A DNA stretch of 64,000 nucleotides from a virus, in the IMG/VR virus record IMGVR_UViG_3300032286_001304, positions 1 to 64,000 of that record; one strand, given 5' to 3'. Position 1 is the stretch's first letter. The number at the start of each line of letters is the position of its first letter. The notes beneath the pieces were generated by a model. That model was not told the origin of the DNA and did not search any database. It worked only from the letters and a program-made list of their open reading frames with translations. The position numbers were made by a program, and so were the translations under genes. Of the stretch, positions 45,564-55,249 are shown piece by piece.

Positions 45564-46235
45564 TTAAATTTCTAGTAGCCAAATAAGTTTTTTATGTATT
45601 TCTACATTTTGGATTATATCATAGTCTGCTGTATGCAAACGGCTTTCATCAACCGTGATTCCGAACTCCTTACTCATTGTGCTAATGCTAGTTTTAAGAC
45701 CTTTCTCAACATAGTCAACAAGTCTATACTGGTGAGCAAGAAAATTATTCGATGAACTAGTATCTAATTTTATTTGTTTTTTATACGCTTTGCTTAAAGC
45801 AATCGTATCGTAAGTTTTAAAAGGTTGATATAGATAATCGTAAATAGGTTTCATTCCTAATGCTCTGCGCCAAGCATTAAGAATCATTGAATCATAACCA
45901 AGAAAATTTTGTGCAGCAATCTTATATTTAGGATTATGGAGATATGATTCAACTATCTCAAGAATTTCTTTTGGGTCTCTAGCTTTGGACTTGTATTCAT
46001 CGTAATTGAATTTTGTGATAGCTGCCGCGCCTGCACTCATACGGAGGTTTTCCCACCAAACGAAGTAGTCGTGAAATTCTTTTTGGCCGTCTAAGGTCCA
46101 AACGGAAAAAGAAACTTGAAAAGGTTTTGCATAAACAGTATTCAGGGACTCTGTTTCCGTGTCCAAGGTTATATACTCTTGTGTTTTATTATATCTTAAA
46201 AGTTCAACGCCAATCATTTTGTTAATTCCTTCCAT
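45564..46235 (-). CDS. DEDDh 3'-5' exonuclease (DnaQ-like)
   Basis: DTETE, N..GYD, YDT, HTADYD. Confidence 0.9.
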   Translation of the reverse strand: MEGINKMIGVELLRYNKTQEYITLDTETESLNTVYAKPFQVSFSVWTLDGQKEFHDYFVWWENLRMSAGAAAITKFNYDEYKSKARDPKEILEIVESYLHNPKYKIAAQNFLGYDSMILNAWRRALGMKPIYDYLYQPFKTYDTIALSKAYKKQIKLDTSSSNNFLAHQYRLVDYVEKGLKTSISTMSKEFGITVDESRLHTADYDIIQNVEIHKKLIWLLEI

Positions 46236-46993
46236 TTTTCAAAACTAAAACTATCCGAACATAACCATCTTAGTTCTGGTTTTGAAAATTTACTTCTTTC
46301 TTGAATTGCCCTGTAAGTGATATATGAGGAACAATCACTTGATTTTTCGTAATAGCAAGTTTTTGTGTTTACTATGTTTCCTCCCCATTTTTCAATAACT
46401 TCATCAATTAATGGAGCAAAGGGTAAATCTGATTCAATCTCTTTAAAGAAAACTACATCATCTTTTGGCACGAAACCAAACTCTGGAACAATTGCAGAAT
46501 CCATTACCAAACGGTTTTTAGCAAGAAAACTATCGACATATGGAAAAGCTAATAATAGATTTTCAGTCCATAAGTTACGTAATTGTTTGAAATCATACCT
46601 CATTTTATAGTATTTATTCTCACGATTGCTGTAACAACTTGTATATATTTTGCCTAAATCATTGTAAGCCTTGCCATTTTTAGCAAAAATAATTATCTTA
46701 TGTTCTTGTTTTAGGCTTTTGTCGGAATGATTGTTTATCGAATCATCTGTAAGCCACATCTGTAAACCGAAAATTAGTTGTAGATTTAATTTATTTGCAT
46801 TTTTAAGAGCTTCACGAAAAGATTCAAAATTATTACTTATGTAGTAAACTTCTTTAAGCCCAGATTCTTTTGCTAATTTTAAAAAAGACTGTGGGCCATT
46901 CTCATCTTTACATTCATCTGGAGACCAAGCAGTTAAAATACTAAGCAGACTTGTATGGTCATAAAATAATGGAATTATCTCTTTATTTTTCAT
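46214..46993 (-). CDS. Stand-alone degenerate PHP domain of DnaE
   Basis: PLFYDHTSLLSIL, LIFGL, IIIFAKNGKAYNDL match the DnaE PHP pattern. Confidence 0.8.
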   Translation of the reverse strand: MKNKEIIPLFYDHTSLLSILTAWSPDECKDENGPQSFLKLAKESGLKEVYYISNNFESFREALKNANKLNLQLIFGLQMWLTDDSINNHSDKSLKQEHKIIIFAKNGKAYNDLGKIYTSCYSNRENKYYKMRYDFKQLRNLWTENLLLAFPYVDSFLAKNRLVMDSAIVPEFGFVPKDDVVFFKEIESDLPFAPLIDEVIEKWGGNIVNTKTCYYEKSSDCSSYITYRAIQERSKFSKPELRWLCSDSFSFEKWKELTK

Positions 46994-47017
46994 TTAATGA
47001 ATATCTATTAAGACTCA

Positions 47018-47272
47018 TCACTTCTTATTGAATATTCCGTCAAAAAAGTCAAGTCCATTTGAGGAGCTTGGTCTACTTTTTATCTTACTCTGGTTTCTCT
47101 CCCACTCCTGTCCATTTTTAAATCCAAACTCAGAGCCGTATTTAAATGAAGTTTCGACTAGTTTTTTTATTTTAGCTGGATTAAGACAAACATTTTCTTC
47201 TCCTAAAAAATTTGGATTAATATCACAAAATTTTTCCCAAACTTCTTCTTTATTCATAAAATTTATTCCCAA
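47018..47272 (-). CDS. Hypothetical protein
   Basis: 84 aa ORF. Confidence 0.6.
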   Translation of the reverse strand: MGINFMNKEEVWEKFCDINPNFLGEENVCLNPAKIKKLVETSFKYGSEFGFKNGQEWERNQSKIKSRPSSSNGLDFFDGIFNKK

Positions 47273-47916
47273 TATTTAGATATTCTTTTGTCGTCTTTAC
47301 TTGAATATTTACCTTTTAAAGTATCTTCATTTGTTTTATATGGCAATGGTTTTTCAAAACCTAAATCACGCAAGACTTCTCTTACTCGCATAACATCCTT
47401 TTCCTCTTTCCAGTCTCTTGTAAAAACACATATAACATATTCTTTGCCCTTTTCACCTTTCAATGTAGAAACTTTAGAATATCCACCCAGTAAACCTTGC
47501 TCGGTTGCATCCTTAATTTGTTCCCAAGCCTCATTTATATATTCTTTTGGAATAAAGATTAACCACTTTCCTGCGCGAGTAGTATAGTTAGATTTCTTGC
47601 CATAAGCATGAATCCAGTATTCGGAAGTGCATTCAGTTGGAGTATCTTGTCTATTAGAACGAAAATAAGATTTATATGACTGTTTTTTCTTTTGTTTTAT
47701 AGAAATATTACTGGTTGGCGCGGCAGCAAACATTTCTTTTTTATTGATTTTTTTACCATTTAAAATATTATCTCCTTTTAGTATATCATCTTCAAATGGA
47801 CTCGCCATATTATGGGCAACGCAATCCTCAAATACATGATCATAATCTAAATCTGGATCGCTTAGTTCATCCCAAACCTGATCTGGCATATCTTCTGGAT
47901 TAAATGGGTCAATCAT
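47263..47916 (-). CDS. DUF1917 (Bles03/eIF4E-like fold) protein
   Basis: GKWLIF...W..IK...KVST...VICVFT.DW...V..V...L...YK...T..G.Y; start moved to MIDPF. Confidence 0.8.
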   Translation of the reverse strand: MIDPFNPEDMPDQVWDELSDPDLDYDHVFEDCVAHNMASPFEDDILKGDNILNGKKINKKEMFAAAPTSNISIKQKKKQSYKSYFRSNRQDTPTECTSEYWIHAYGKKSNYTTRAGKWLIFIPKEYINEAWEQIKDATEQGLLGGYSKVSTLKGEKGKEYVICVFTRDWKEEKDVMRVREVLRDLGFEKPLPYKTNEDTLKGKYSSKDDKRISKYWE

Positions 47917-47921
47917 TTTAT

Positions 47922-48299
47922 TTAATAAGGTCGGTCGTCGTCGCCATTCATCTGTTCGTCCAAATCTCTTTGCTCTTCCGTCATGTTCCAAGGATCGCTC
48001 CAAGTCAAGCATTCTTTCTTTTTAAGAGTATGTAACTGCTCATTTAGAACGTCAACATAATCGCTCCGTCTTTTTATAGCCTTTTTAGTTGATTCTATTG
48101 ATTCTTTTAGTGTCTTTTTATAATCTGTGGAATAAATTTGCTCAGATTCGCCCCATTGATCGGGAACAATAATAAAAGATTTTTCCTCCTCATTATAAAT
48201 ATATTGAGCATATTTAGACGGCCCTTCAATTGTTTTTTCTACAAAATAACCATCTCCATCACAACGATAGATTTTAATTGGGTATTTAATATTATTCAT
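47922..48299 (-). CDS. Hypothetical protein
   Basis: 125 aa ORF. Confidence 0.7.
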   Translation of the reverse strand: MNNIKYPIKIYRCDGDGYFVEKTIEGPSKYAQYIYNEEEKSFIIVPDQWGESEQIYSTDYKKTLKESIESTKKAIKRRSDYVDVLNEQLHTLKKKECLTWSDPWNMTEEQRDLDEQMNGDDDRPY

Positions 48300-48309
48300 T
48301 TTGATTATG

Positions 48310-48561
48310 TTAAATTTTCACAATTTCATCTGCCTTAACTTTAGCCCGTGCTTTTTCGTATTTCTTAAACCATTTTTCAAATTCTGGCCAAACCCAATGC
48401 TTAGGAGATGGTTGTATTTTTAATGGTTCGCCATCTTTGCGTAAAAAGAAGGGGCCACAATAACGATGAAATTCCCAATGAATAGTGCGACCATTTTTAG
48501 TCGCGCTACCTTCTCCATCGTGATAATCGACACAGATTCCGTTAGAGATAAAGCCAGCCAT
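48310..48561 (-). CDS. Hypothetical protein
   Basis: WEFHRYCGPFFLRKDG motif. Confidence 0.7.
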   Translation of the reverse strand: MAGFISNGICVDYHDGEGSATKNGRTIHWEFHRYCGPFFLRKDGEPLKIQPSPKHWVWPEFEKWFKKYEKARAKVKADEIVKI

Positions 48562-48567
48562 AATGAT

Positions 48568-49452
48568 TTAACTTAACCACTTTTCTCTCCATTCATCAAG
48601 TCCATTCGTATCATTTTTCTCTAAATATTCAAGAAAATCTTTATATTTAGGAAGTGCAATTAATATTTTTTCTTCATCAAAATAATTTAATAAGACATTT
48701 TTAATTTTTTCAGCCGCTTTATTCCCTATATTATCATTATCTGGTTCGTTATTTAATGCAATGAGTATTTTGCTTGGGTTATTTTTAATAATAAAAGATA
48801 ACTGTTTAGAAGAAATTTTTGTTCCAAAGATACACATTGCATTTTTAATGCCTTTTTCATGTAAAGCAAGAACATCGGCTGGTCCTTCGACAATAATTAT
48901 TTTATTTATTTTTCTGATGATTTGTTCATCGCTACAAAATATACTATCATTTATATTTGATAAATGTTTCCATTTTGGAACTTTATTTTCCTTATGCCAT
49001 TTGGTATATTTAATAAACCTACCAGTAAATGCAACAATTTTATTATTTTCTATCAAAGGAATAATGACTCTACCAGCAAGTTGACCTGTTAAGGCTACGC
49101 CAATTTTGAAATATTTTTGTGTTTCTGCTGAAATTCCTCTTCCTTCAAAATAAGAATAGTCTTTTATTAATTTATCTAAAATATCAATCGTCCAAGTTTT
49201 ATTATATTCAATTTTTGGTTGTTCAATAGGGACATCTTTTATTACTCCATCTGAACCAATACCAATTAACTGATAAATACCTTTATTATGTGAACTATCA
49301 GCAATACAATTATATTTTCCTGAAGATAGTATGCTTAAATGATTTTTTGACCTATCTCTACCTTCTAATGCACAAACTGGACATCGACCTATGAAGTCTA
49401 TTCCATTTTGTCTTATTCCTTCTATTTTTTCTAAATCAATAATATGAGCCAT
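48568..49452 (-). CDS. dnaG: DNA primase (Zn finger plus TOPRIM)
   Basis: CPVC, RVIIP, FTGR, PKW, VEGPAD; adjacent to helicase. Confidence 0.9.
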   Translation of the reverse strand: MAHIIDLEKIEGIRQNGIDFIGRCPVCALEGRDRSKNHLSILSSGKYNCIADSSHNKGIYQLIGIGSDGVIKDVPIEQPKIEYNKTWTIDILDKLIKDYSYFEGRGISAETQKYFKIGVALTGQLAGRVIIPLIENNKIVAFTGRFIKYTKWHKENKVPKWKHLSNINDSIFCSDEQIIRKINKIIIVEGPADVLALHEKGIKNAMCIFGTKISSKQLSFIIKNNPSKILIALNNEPDNDNIGNKAAEKIKNVLLNYFDEEKILIALPKYKDFLEYLEKNDTNGLDEWREKWLS

Positions 49453-49455
49453 TGA

Positions 49456-50973
49456 TTAAAATGCAGGTTCACTATCTTCGTTATTATTTTCTGGTTTAAA
49501 TCCAGCTTTACCATTTTTTACTAACCATTCTGAATATAAACCACAATCCTCAACAGCAAAATTATTAATATCAAAATTTATAAAATTTGGTTTATAATAA
49601 ATTTCTTTTCCATCTTTTACTCTAACATAATCTAAAAAAGCTGCGCCTTTTTCACCAAGATATCTTGTTTTTGTTGTAATTAGTTTATGTGTCGGTGCTT
49701 TTCTTTCTGGAGTTGAATCTGAAAGCATCTCGTCATGCGTTCTTTTTCTAAGAATACCCATGTAAGATACTAGCCAATTTAATCTATCTGACATACTTAA
49801 TGAGTTCTCATTATCAGAAATTTCACTTGATGATTTTCCATTAGTAATACCAGATCTATTTGTTTGCACCGCTGATAATACTGGACAATCACAATATTCA
49901 GCAGTTTCTTTTAGAGATTGTGTTTTATCATAAGCAGCTATAAATTCTTGTGTATTTTTCCCATCTCTATCTGCACTTGTTATTTTTAAGTAATCATAAA
50001 TTATTAAAAATGGATTTCCACGACCAACTTTATTTAAATAAAATCTTTTTATATACTTTTCTAATTCTGAACTATTTTTATTTCCAATTGATTCAAAATA
50101 TAGATTTTTATTTTTTTGATTTTGAATTTTATGTATTTCTTCATTAATCTTTTTTGACCATTTTAAATCAAATTTCCATTTTCCTGAATCCATTAACCAA
50201 TAGGGGACTCCGATTCTTCCAGAAATATAACGTAAAACAGCATCTTCTAAAAACATTTCTGAATCTAAATACAATATTTTTAATTCATCTGCTTTATTTG
50301 GATTTGCCTCTGGCATCCTACGCATAATATCTAAAAGAAATGTGCTTTTATTTCCTCCAGATCTTGCAGCAAAAATACCTAAATTTTTACTTTTAAGTCT
50401 TCCAATATTTTCATGAAAAGATTTGTAAGGCATTATTAGATCATTTTGATGAATATCTGTATTACTAAAATCCTCAAGAATTCTTGGTAATTCTTCTAAA
50501 AGATTTCTTGGCTCTGGATCGTCTCCGCTTAAACTAATTAAACTTTTTCCTAAATATTTATCTGTTATTTCAATTAATTCTTTAGCTGGTTTTTCTTCGT
50601 TATCTAATATTTCTTTTTGAACTTTAATAGAATTCTCATGAATTGTTCGCACTAAAGTCTTTTTCTTTAGAGCTTTTCCTAAATCTAGGATATTTCTCTT
50701 ATCTACTGGACGAATTTTGAGTGAAGAACAGTAATCTCCTATTTCAATTCCATCTAATGTAATTCCTAATGATTTTAGTTTTTCAGAAACAATTATTTCA
50801 TCTGGTCTACCTTTATTTTCTATAATATTACTAATTACAGCAAAAATTGGAGAATTCTGCTTACTGAAATCCTTTGAGTTAATAAAAGGAATTTCTACGT
50901 AAGAGTCTGGATATTGTAATAATATTGCTATAATCGACTGTTCAATTTCTATACTATAAAGTGACTTTGCCAT
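49456..50973 (-). CDS. dnaB: DnaB-like replicative helicase
   Basis: ARSGGNKST, DSEM, IYDYLK, VQTNR, KTR. Confidence 0.92.
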   Translation of the reverse strand: MAKSLYSIEIEQSIIAILLQYPDSYVEIPFINSKDFSKQNSPIFAVISNIIENKGRPDEIIVSEKLKSLGITLDGIEIGDYCSSLKIRPVDKRNILDLGKALKKKTLVRTIHENSIKVQKEILDNEEKPAKELIEITDKYLGKSLISLSGDDPEPRNLLEELPRILEDFSNTDIHQNDLIMPYKSFHENIGRLKSKNLGIFAARSGGNKSTFLLDIMRRMPEANPNKADELKILYLDSEMFLEDAVLRYISGRIGVPYWLMDSGKWKFDLKWSKKINEEIHKIQNQKNKNLYFESIGNKNSSELEKYIKRFYLNKVGRGNPFLIIYDYLKITSADRDGKNTQEFIAAYDKTQSLKETAEYCDCPVLSAVQTNRSGITNGKSSSEISDNENSLSMSDRLNWLVSYMGILRKRTHDEMLSDSTPERKAPTHKLITTKTRYLGEKGAAFLDYVRVKDGKEIYYKPNFINFDINNFAVEDCGLYSEWLVKNGKAGFKPENNNEDSEPAF

Positions 50974-50987
50974 GTTATTATCCCTTT

Positions 50988-51015
50988 ACTATAGGGCATT
51001 TTGAAATAAGGTCAA
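50988..51015 (-). promoter_or_regulatory. Sigma70-like promoter for helicase/primase
   Basis: TTGACC-16-TATAGT immediately after a terminator. Confidence 0.65.
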
Positions 51016-51016
51016 G

Positions 51017-51044
51017 AAAAAAGCCACGCTTTTTGGCGCGGCTT
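51017..51044 (-). terminator. Intrinsic terminator
   Basis: AAGCCGCGC-CAAAAA-GCGTGGCTT followed by a T tract. Confidence 0.85.
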
Positions 51045-51066
51045 GAGTATTGAGTTATATTTTTAG

Positions 51067-51240
51067 TTAAAATAATATAGCTCCAGCGATAAAGGTAGCG
51101 GCAACTACAATTAAAAAATTTAAAAGTGATATGTTTACTTTTTTTGTAAAAATATATGTTTTAAATCCACTTGATTGAATATTTGCAACTTCAATTTGCG
51201 CTTTATCTACTACTTCATTTACTTTTTCTATGTTTGACAT
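51067..51240 (-). CDS. Small C-terminally anchored membrane protein (57 aa, below ORF-track cutoff)
   Basis: MSNIEKV...LLNFLIVVAATFIAGAILF. Confidence 0.6.
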   Translation of the reverse strand: MSNIEKVNEVVDKAQIEVANIQSSGFKTYIFTKKVNISLLNFLIVVAATFIAGAILF

Positions 51241-51248
51241 AATTATTT

Positions 51249-52508
51249 TTATTTATAATCTTTATCCTCAATTGGTTGAGAATAAAATACTGCATCTAAG
51301 TTATCTTTGCTGCACACCATAGCAAGAGCTTGGCGGGTTGAACCCACGTAACCGTTTGCTTGGTGAAAATCATCACTACCTGAAATACTTGGAATCGTCC
51401 ATATTTCTGTTCCTTGGATATTTTGAACTTTATGATGATGGGTATGACCTATCAACCAAAAACGTCTTTTAGCTGAACCCCATTCTTTTCCATATTCAAC
51501 AATTCCCATTTGAACCAATTTATCAGATTTAATTTGGTCTCCATGAGTATAACCGAAAGCAATTTCACCATGACTGTAATACTTACGGAGTTTATCTTCA
51601 TTATCTACCGTAACATTTTCGTCATTATGATACCAGCATTCTAAAGCATCACCTAAATGAAACATAGATGATCTATCATGATTTCCTGGCATTACAATAA
51701 TATGAACAGGGGCGATTTGTTTTAAAATCTCGACTGTTTGAATTAATAATTTTCTACCTTCTCTAAAAATTTTGCTAAATCTAGTATCAACATCTTGCGG
51801 AGTTCCGCGAGTTGTCGTATTTTGTGGAGTATCAATTGTCAAATAGTCGTTTCCAACTACATACCAAATCTTCTCAATACCACCCTGTCTTTTTGCCTTT
51901 GCGACTAAATCAAGTAAAGTCTTAGTATAAACTTCACAAGCAATTTTTAAATCGTAATTATGTCCAGTTTGTTCTTTATTACAGAGTTTACCTATATGAG
52001 CATCTGGGATGTTTACAATTAGAAGTTTTCCATTTTCAAGAGTTGGGTATTTAATCTTATCTACATTTGGTGCAAAATTCAAAGCATCTTCTCTAAATTC
52101 TTCCAAAATATGTTTTAATGCTACTTCTTTTCTTCTTGTGAACTCAGCTTTAGCTTGAAAATTCTGACCATAAGAATTAGCAATGAAAGATTTAACAATC
52201 CATTCTTCCATATTTAATTTACTGACTTCAATTAGCTCATCTAATGTATAAATTTGTGGGCTATTTTTAGTTTCTATAACTGCTTTATCTCCTTTTACGC
52301 TAACCTGTGGACAAGCTGCTTTTTTTATAAATTCTTTAGAAGTTTTATTTTCTAATTTAGAAAAAAGCTTTCTATATAGATTATTTCTAGCCGTTTTTTT
52401 AAGTCCCCAAATTTTTCCAATTTCTTTTCTAACTTGTGTGGGTATAGTTGATTTGCTATATTTTTTTATATAACTAACTTTTTCCCTTTCTGTTTTAAGC
52501 TTAATCAT
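51249..52508 (-). CDS. Metallophosphoesterase / nuclease with basic N-terminal extension
   Basis: DAHIG, GND, GNHD, HGD, GHTHH. Confidence 0.88.
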   Translation of the reverse strand: MIKLKTEREKVSYIKKYSKSTIPTQVRKEIGKIWGLKKTARNNLYRKLFSKLENKTSKEFIKKAACPQVSVKGDKAVIETKNSPQIYTLDELIEVSKLNMEEWIVKSFIANSYGQNFQAKAEFTRRKEVALKHILEEFREDALNFAPNVDKIKYPTLENGKLLIVNIPDAHIGKLCNKEQTGHNYDLKIACEVYTKTLLDLVAKAKRQGGIEKIWYVVGNDYLTIDTPQNTTTRGTPQDVDTRFSKIFREGRKLLIQTVEILKQIAPVHIIVMPGNHDRSSMFHLGDALECWYHNDENVTVDNEDKLRKYYSHGEIAFGYTHGDQIKSDKLVQMGIVEYGKEWGSAKRRFWLIGHTHHHKVQNIQGTEIWTIPSISGSDDFHQANGYVGSTRQALAMVCSKDNLDAVFYSQPIEDKDYK

Positions 52509-52532
52509 AATTTTTTATTAACTAAGTTATAG

Positions 52533-52853
52533 TTACACTATTTTAAGTTTAATGTCAACACCTAATTCATCTGGAATTGGTAAGTTTCTGTTTATATGTA
52601 TTTTAAGTTGTCTCTTGATATCTGATTCTACTGCAAATAATTGACTATTTATTTTGAACATAAGTTGATTCAAGTAACATTCTTTTTCATATTCTAGTAA
52701 TGCATTATCATCATCAGATTGTAAAATAGAATTATAATGACGAAAATCTTTCATTCGATTTGATTTGAAATCAAAGCATTTATTAGTATTATTAGCTGTA
52801 AGTGGCATTTTAAATTGCCAACCTAAATTAGTAAATTTATTAAAATTAATCAT
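52533..52853 (-). CDS. Hypothetical protein
   Basis: 106 aa ORF, ATGA-coupled. Confidence 0.7.
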   Translation of the reverse strand: MINFNKFTNLGWQFKMPLTANNTNKCFDFKSNRMKDFRHYNSILQSDDDNALLEYEKECYLNQLMFKINSQLFAVESDIKRQLKIHINRNLPIPDELGVDIKLKIV

Positions 52854-53266
52854 AAAGTTAAATCAAATATTTCTTTAAACATAGTTTTTGTTAAGTTAAT
52901 CAAATGCTCATCATTTAGTTCTATAAATTTAAACCCATTTAATTCAGCTAATTGCATTTTTTCATAATCAGCTTTTATTTTTTTTGAAAATCCAGCTCTT
53001 GAGCCATGCATAAATTCATTATATTCCAAATGAACTGCATCTGGTGATGTTTCTACAATTATTTTTCTAGATAAGTTTACTAAATCAAATCGCCACAAAG
53101 TTCTTGGCAGTCTCATTTCAGATAAAACTATATCATTTTTCCAGAATGGATAAAAAAATTTTTGAACTTTAAGTTGGGGACCAGATGGTGCTTCATTCCA
53201 ATTAATAAGTTTATATTGTATTGGATTAAAATTTACATCTTTCCCCGACTTTAGTTTCCATTTCAT
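52850..53266 (-). CDS. Small Vsr/DUF559-like endonuclease-fold protein
   Basis: RFDL...IIVE...H...FMH...D..K...AELNG. Confidence 0.65.
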   Translation of the reverse strand: MKWKLKSGKDVNFNPIQYKLINWNEAPSGPQLKVQKFFYPFWKNDIVLSEMRLPRTLWRFDLVNLSRKIIVETSPDAVHLEYNEFMHGSRAGFSKKIKADYEKMQLAELNGFKFIELNDEHLINLTKTMFKEIFDLTL

Positions 53267-53267
53267 A

Positions 53268-54425
53268 TTAAGAATTCTCTGAAATCATATTTCTTAGTTT
53301 GATAAAAAGAAAATCAGTTACATTAGGATTTTCTTCAAGAAATAATCTTATACTTTCCATTCCTTGGAATTTTTCTGGAATCTCTATCTTAATTTTTTCT
53401 TTAACTTCATCTATAATATCTTTATCTACATAAAACCAAGCTCCAGCTTTTCTAATTTTCTCAAATTGAATAAGAACATCAACAATTTCATATTCTCGCC
53501 AGATACTTGTTCCATTTTTTCTACCATATCTAATTGGATATGAGACTGGAATATTTGATTTTTCATTACTAGATTTTTTAATAATAATCTTACACCAGTG
53601 ACCAAGTATTTTATTTTTGATAGGGTCTGGTTTTAATTTTGGATCTTGCAAAATCAAATCACTCATATATCTCGCTTCAAACTGTAATATCCAGTTAGAA
53701 AAGTGAAGTGCGGCATTTCCACCAGTTGCGGAAATTTGTCTTTGATCTTTTGGTGCATAAGGGTCAATTTCAACCTTTGCTGAAACTTGACCAATCATAA
53801 AGCATCTATGACCAAATTTATTCATAGCAGTTGATAAACGCTGCATGAATTTTTTTGTTAACATTGGAGCACCAGCAACGCGACCAGCAGATTCAATTGG
53901 TTTATCCATATCCTGTTCTAGAATAAGGCCATCCATTGAATCTAGTAAGAAAAAATATTTATTCTTATGTTCTGGATTTTCTATCACAAGAGATCTCATT
54001 AGATTTACGACTGCATCATAAACATTTGTTTCTAGAACAAAGCAAGTTCCAGATTCCCATTCCTCAAATTTAGAAACGAATTTTAATCCTGATCGTTCTT
54101 GCATCTCTTTGCTTAATCTTCCTTCTGCTTTTACTAATAATCCATAACCATTTGGAGTAACTTTAAGAAAATTTTTCATTACCTCCAGCCCCGCTGATGT
54201 TTTTCCTCCTTCAGTAAAACCAACGAAACGATGTAATCCAGCCCCAAATCCGCCACCAAGTTGACTATCTAAAATTAAACTTCCACTAGAAACTAGCGGA
54301 ACATCAATTTCCTCTTGATCGTTATAATGCTTTCCTTCATTTTCTTTTAAAATTCTAGATAAAATGTCTTTTGGAGAAGACTGTATTTGCTGATCTTGAT
54401 CTTCTGTTTTTTTTGCTTTAGCCAT
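53268..54425 (-). CDS. recA: RecA/UvsX-like recombinase
   Basis: SSGSLILDSQLGGG, GFTEGGKTS, LDS, GGNAALH, KAGAWF. Confidence 0.92.
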   Translation of the reverse strand: MAKAKKTEDQDQQIQSSPKDILSRILKENEGKHYNDQEEIDVPLVSSGSLILDSQLGGGFGAGLHRFVGFTEGGKTSAGLEVMKNFLKVTPNGYGLLVKAEGRLSKEMQERSGLKFVSKFEEWESGTCFVLETNVYDAVVNLMRSLVIENPEHKNKYFFLLDSMDGLILEQDMDKPIESAGRVAGAPMLTKKFMQRLSTAMNKFGHRCFMIGQVSAKVEIDPYAPKDQRQISATGGNAALHFSNWILQFEARYMSDLILQDPKLKPDPIKNKILGHWCKIIIKKSSNEKSNIPVSYPIRYGRKNGTSIWREYEIVDVLIQFEKIRKAGAWFYVDKDIIDEVKEKIKIEIPEKFQGMESIRLFLEENPNVTDFLFIKLRNMISENS

Positions 54426-54463
54426 AAAATTAATGTAATGTGTTAAATATAGGTTTGAATAAA

Positions 54464-54718
54464 TTATTTATTACGTAGTGATCGCCATTGTTTTTGGCGA
54501 ATAAACTCTTTTTCAATTACCTTTGCCTCATTTTCACTTATCCCATACGAATGCCAATATTCTTTAGCCCAAGTTAATTCTGAATCATGCATAGCTTCTA
54601 AAACTTGCATGAATTTTTGCTTCCAAAAATTATCTGATTTAGCTTTATTTTGAGTGTATTTTAATTTTGGCATTTTTTTATAATTTGTATTTTTAGAATT
54701 TTCTTGAGTTGATTTCAT
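54464..54718 (-). CDS. Hypothetical protein
   Basis: 84 aa ORF. Confidence 0.6.
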   Translation of the reverse strand: MKSTQENSKNTNYKKMPKLKYTQNKAKSDNFWKQKFMQVLEAMHDSELTWAKEYWHSYGISENEAKVIEKEFIRQKQWRSLRNK

Positions 54719-54736
54719 ATTTTTAAAATTTAAATA

Positions 54737-55249
54737 TTACGATAATAAATCTAATAAATTTTTAGGACGTTTTTTTTCTAAAATAATATCTTCAATTACT
54801 TTATTATTTTCTAATAAAACTAATTCTGTTTTAGTTGTCAAGTCTAAAGCCCATTTTTTATATAGATTTTCTACTTCAGGTCTATTTTCCCAGTAAAGTA
54901 AAGATTTTACTTTTATTGCTGGTTTAAAGCCATCTAGCCAAAAATCCTTATGTGGAAATTTTCTAATAAGTCTTGCTAGAATAATAATTTCTCTCTTAAA
55001 ATTAACTTTAAGAGATTCGGATTCTATCAAACTTTTTAGAATTAATCCTCTTTCTTCTCTTGTTATTTTTATTGGAGGTGGAGTTTTCTCTTTCTTGCTA
55101 GATTTCAACAAAGTTATTTTGTCTAATGGAAGTTCGCTATCTTCGCGTGCATATTTTTTTCTTCCCCAATAAATTCCCATTAATTTTTGAGTTATTTTAT
55201 ACTGTTCTTCGTTAAATAACACCAAATCGCCTATATTATAAGATTTCAT
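54737..55249 (-). CDS. Hypothetical protein
   Basis: 170 aa ORF. Confidence 0.7.
   Translation of the reverse strand: MKSYNIGDLVLFNEEQYKITQKLMGIYWGRKKYAREDSELPLDKITLLKSSKKEKTPPPIKITREERGLILKSLIESESLKVNFKREIIILARLIRKFPHKDFWLDGFKPAIKVKSLLYWENRPEVENLYKKWALDLTTKTELVLLENNKVIEDIILEKKRPKNLLDLLS

Noticed and set aside
42950-46993. Split intein in DnaE, as in cyanobacteria
   Set aside because: No Cys/Ser block A after the PHP domain and no His-Asn-nucleophile motif at the start of the core ORF.
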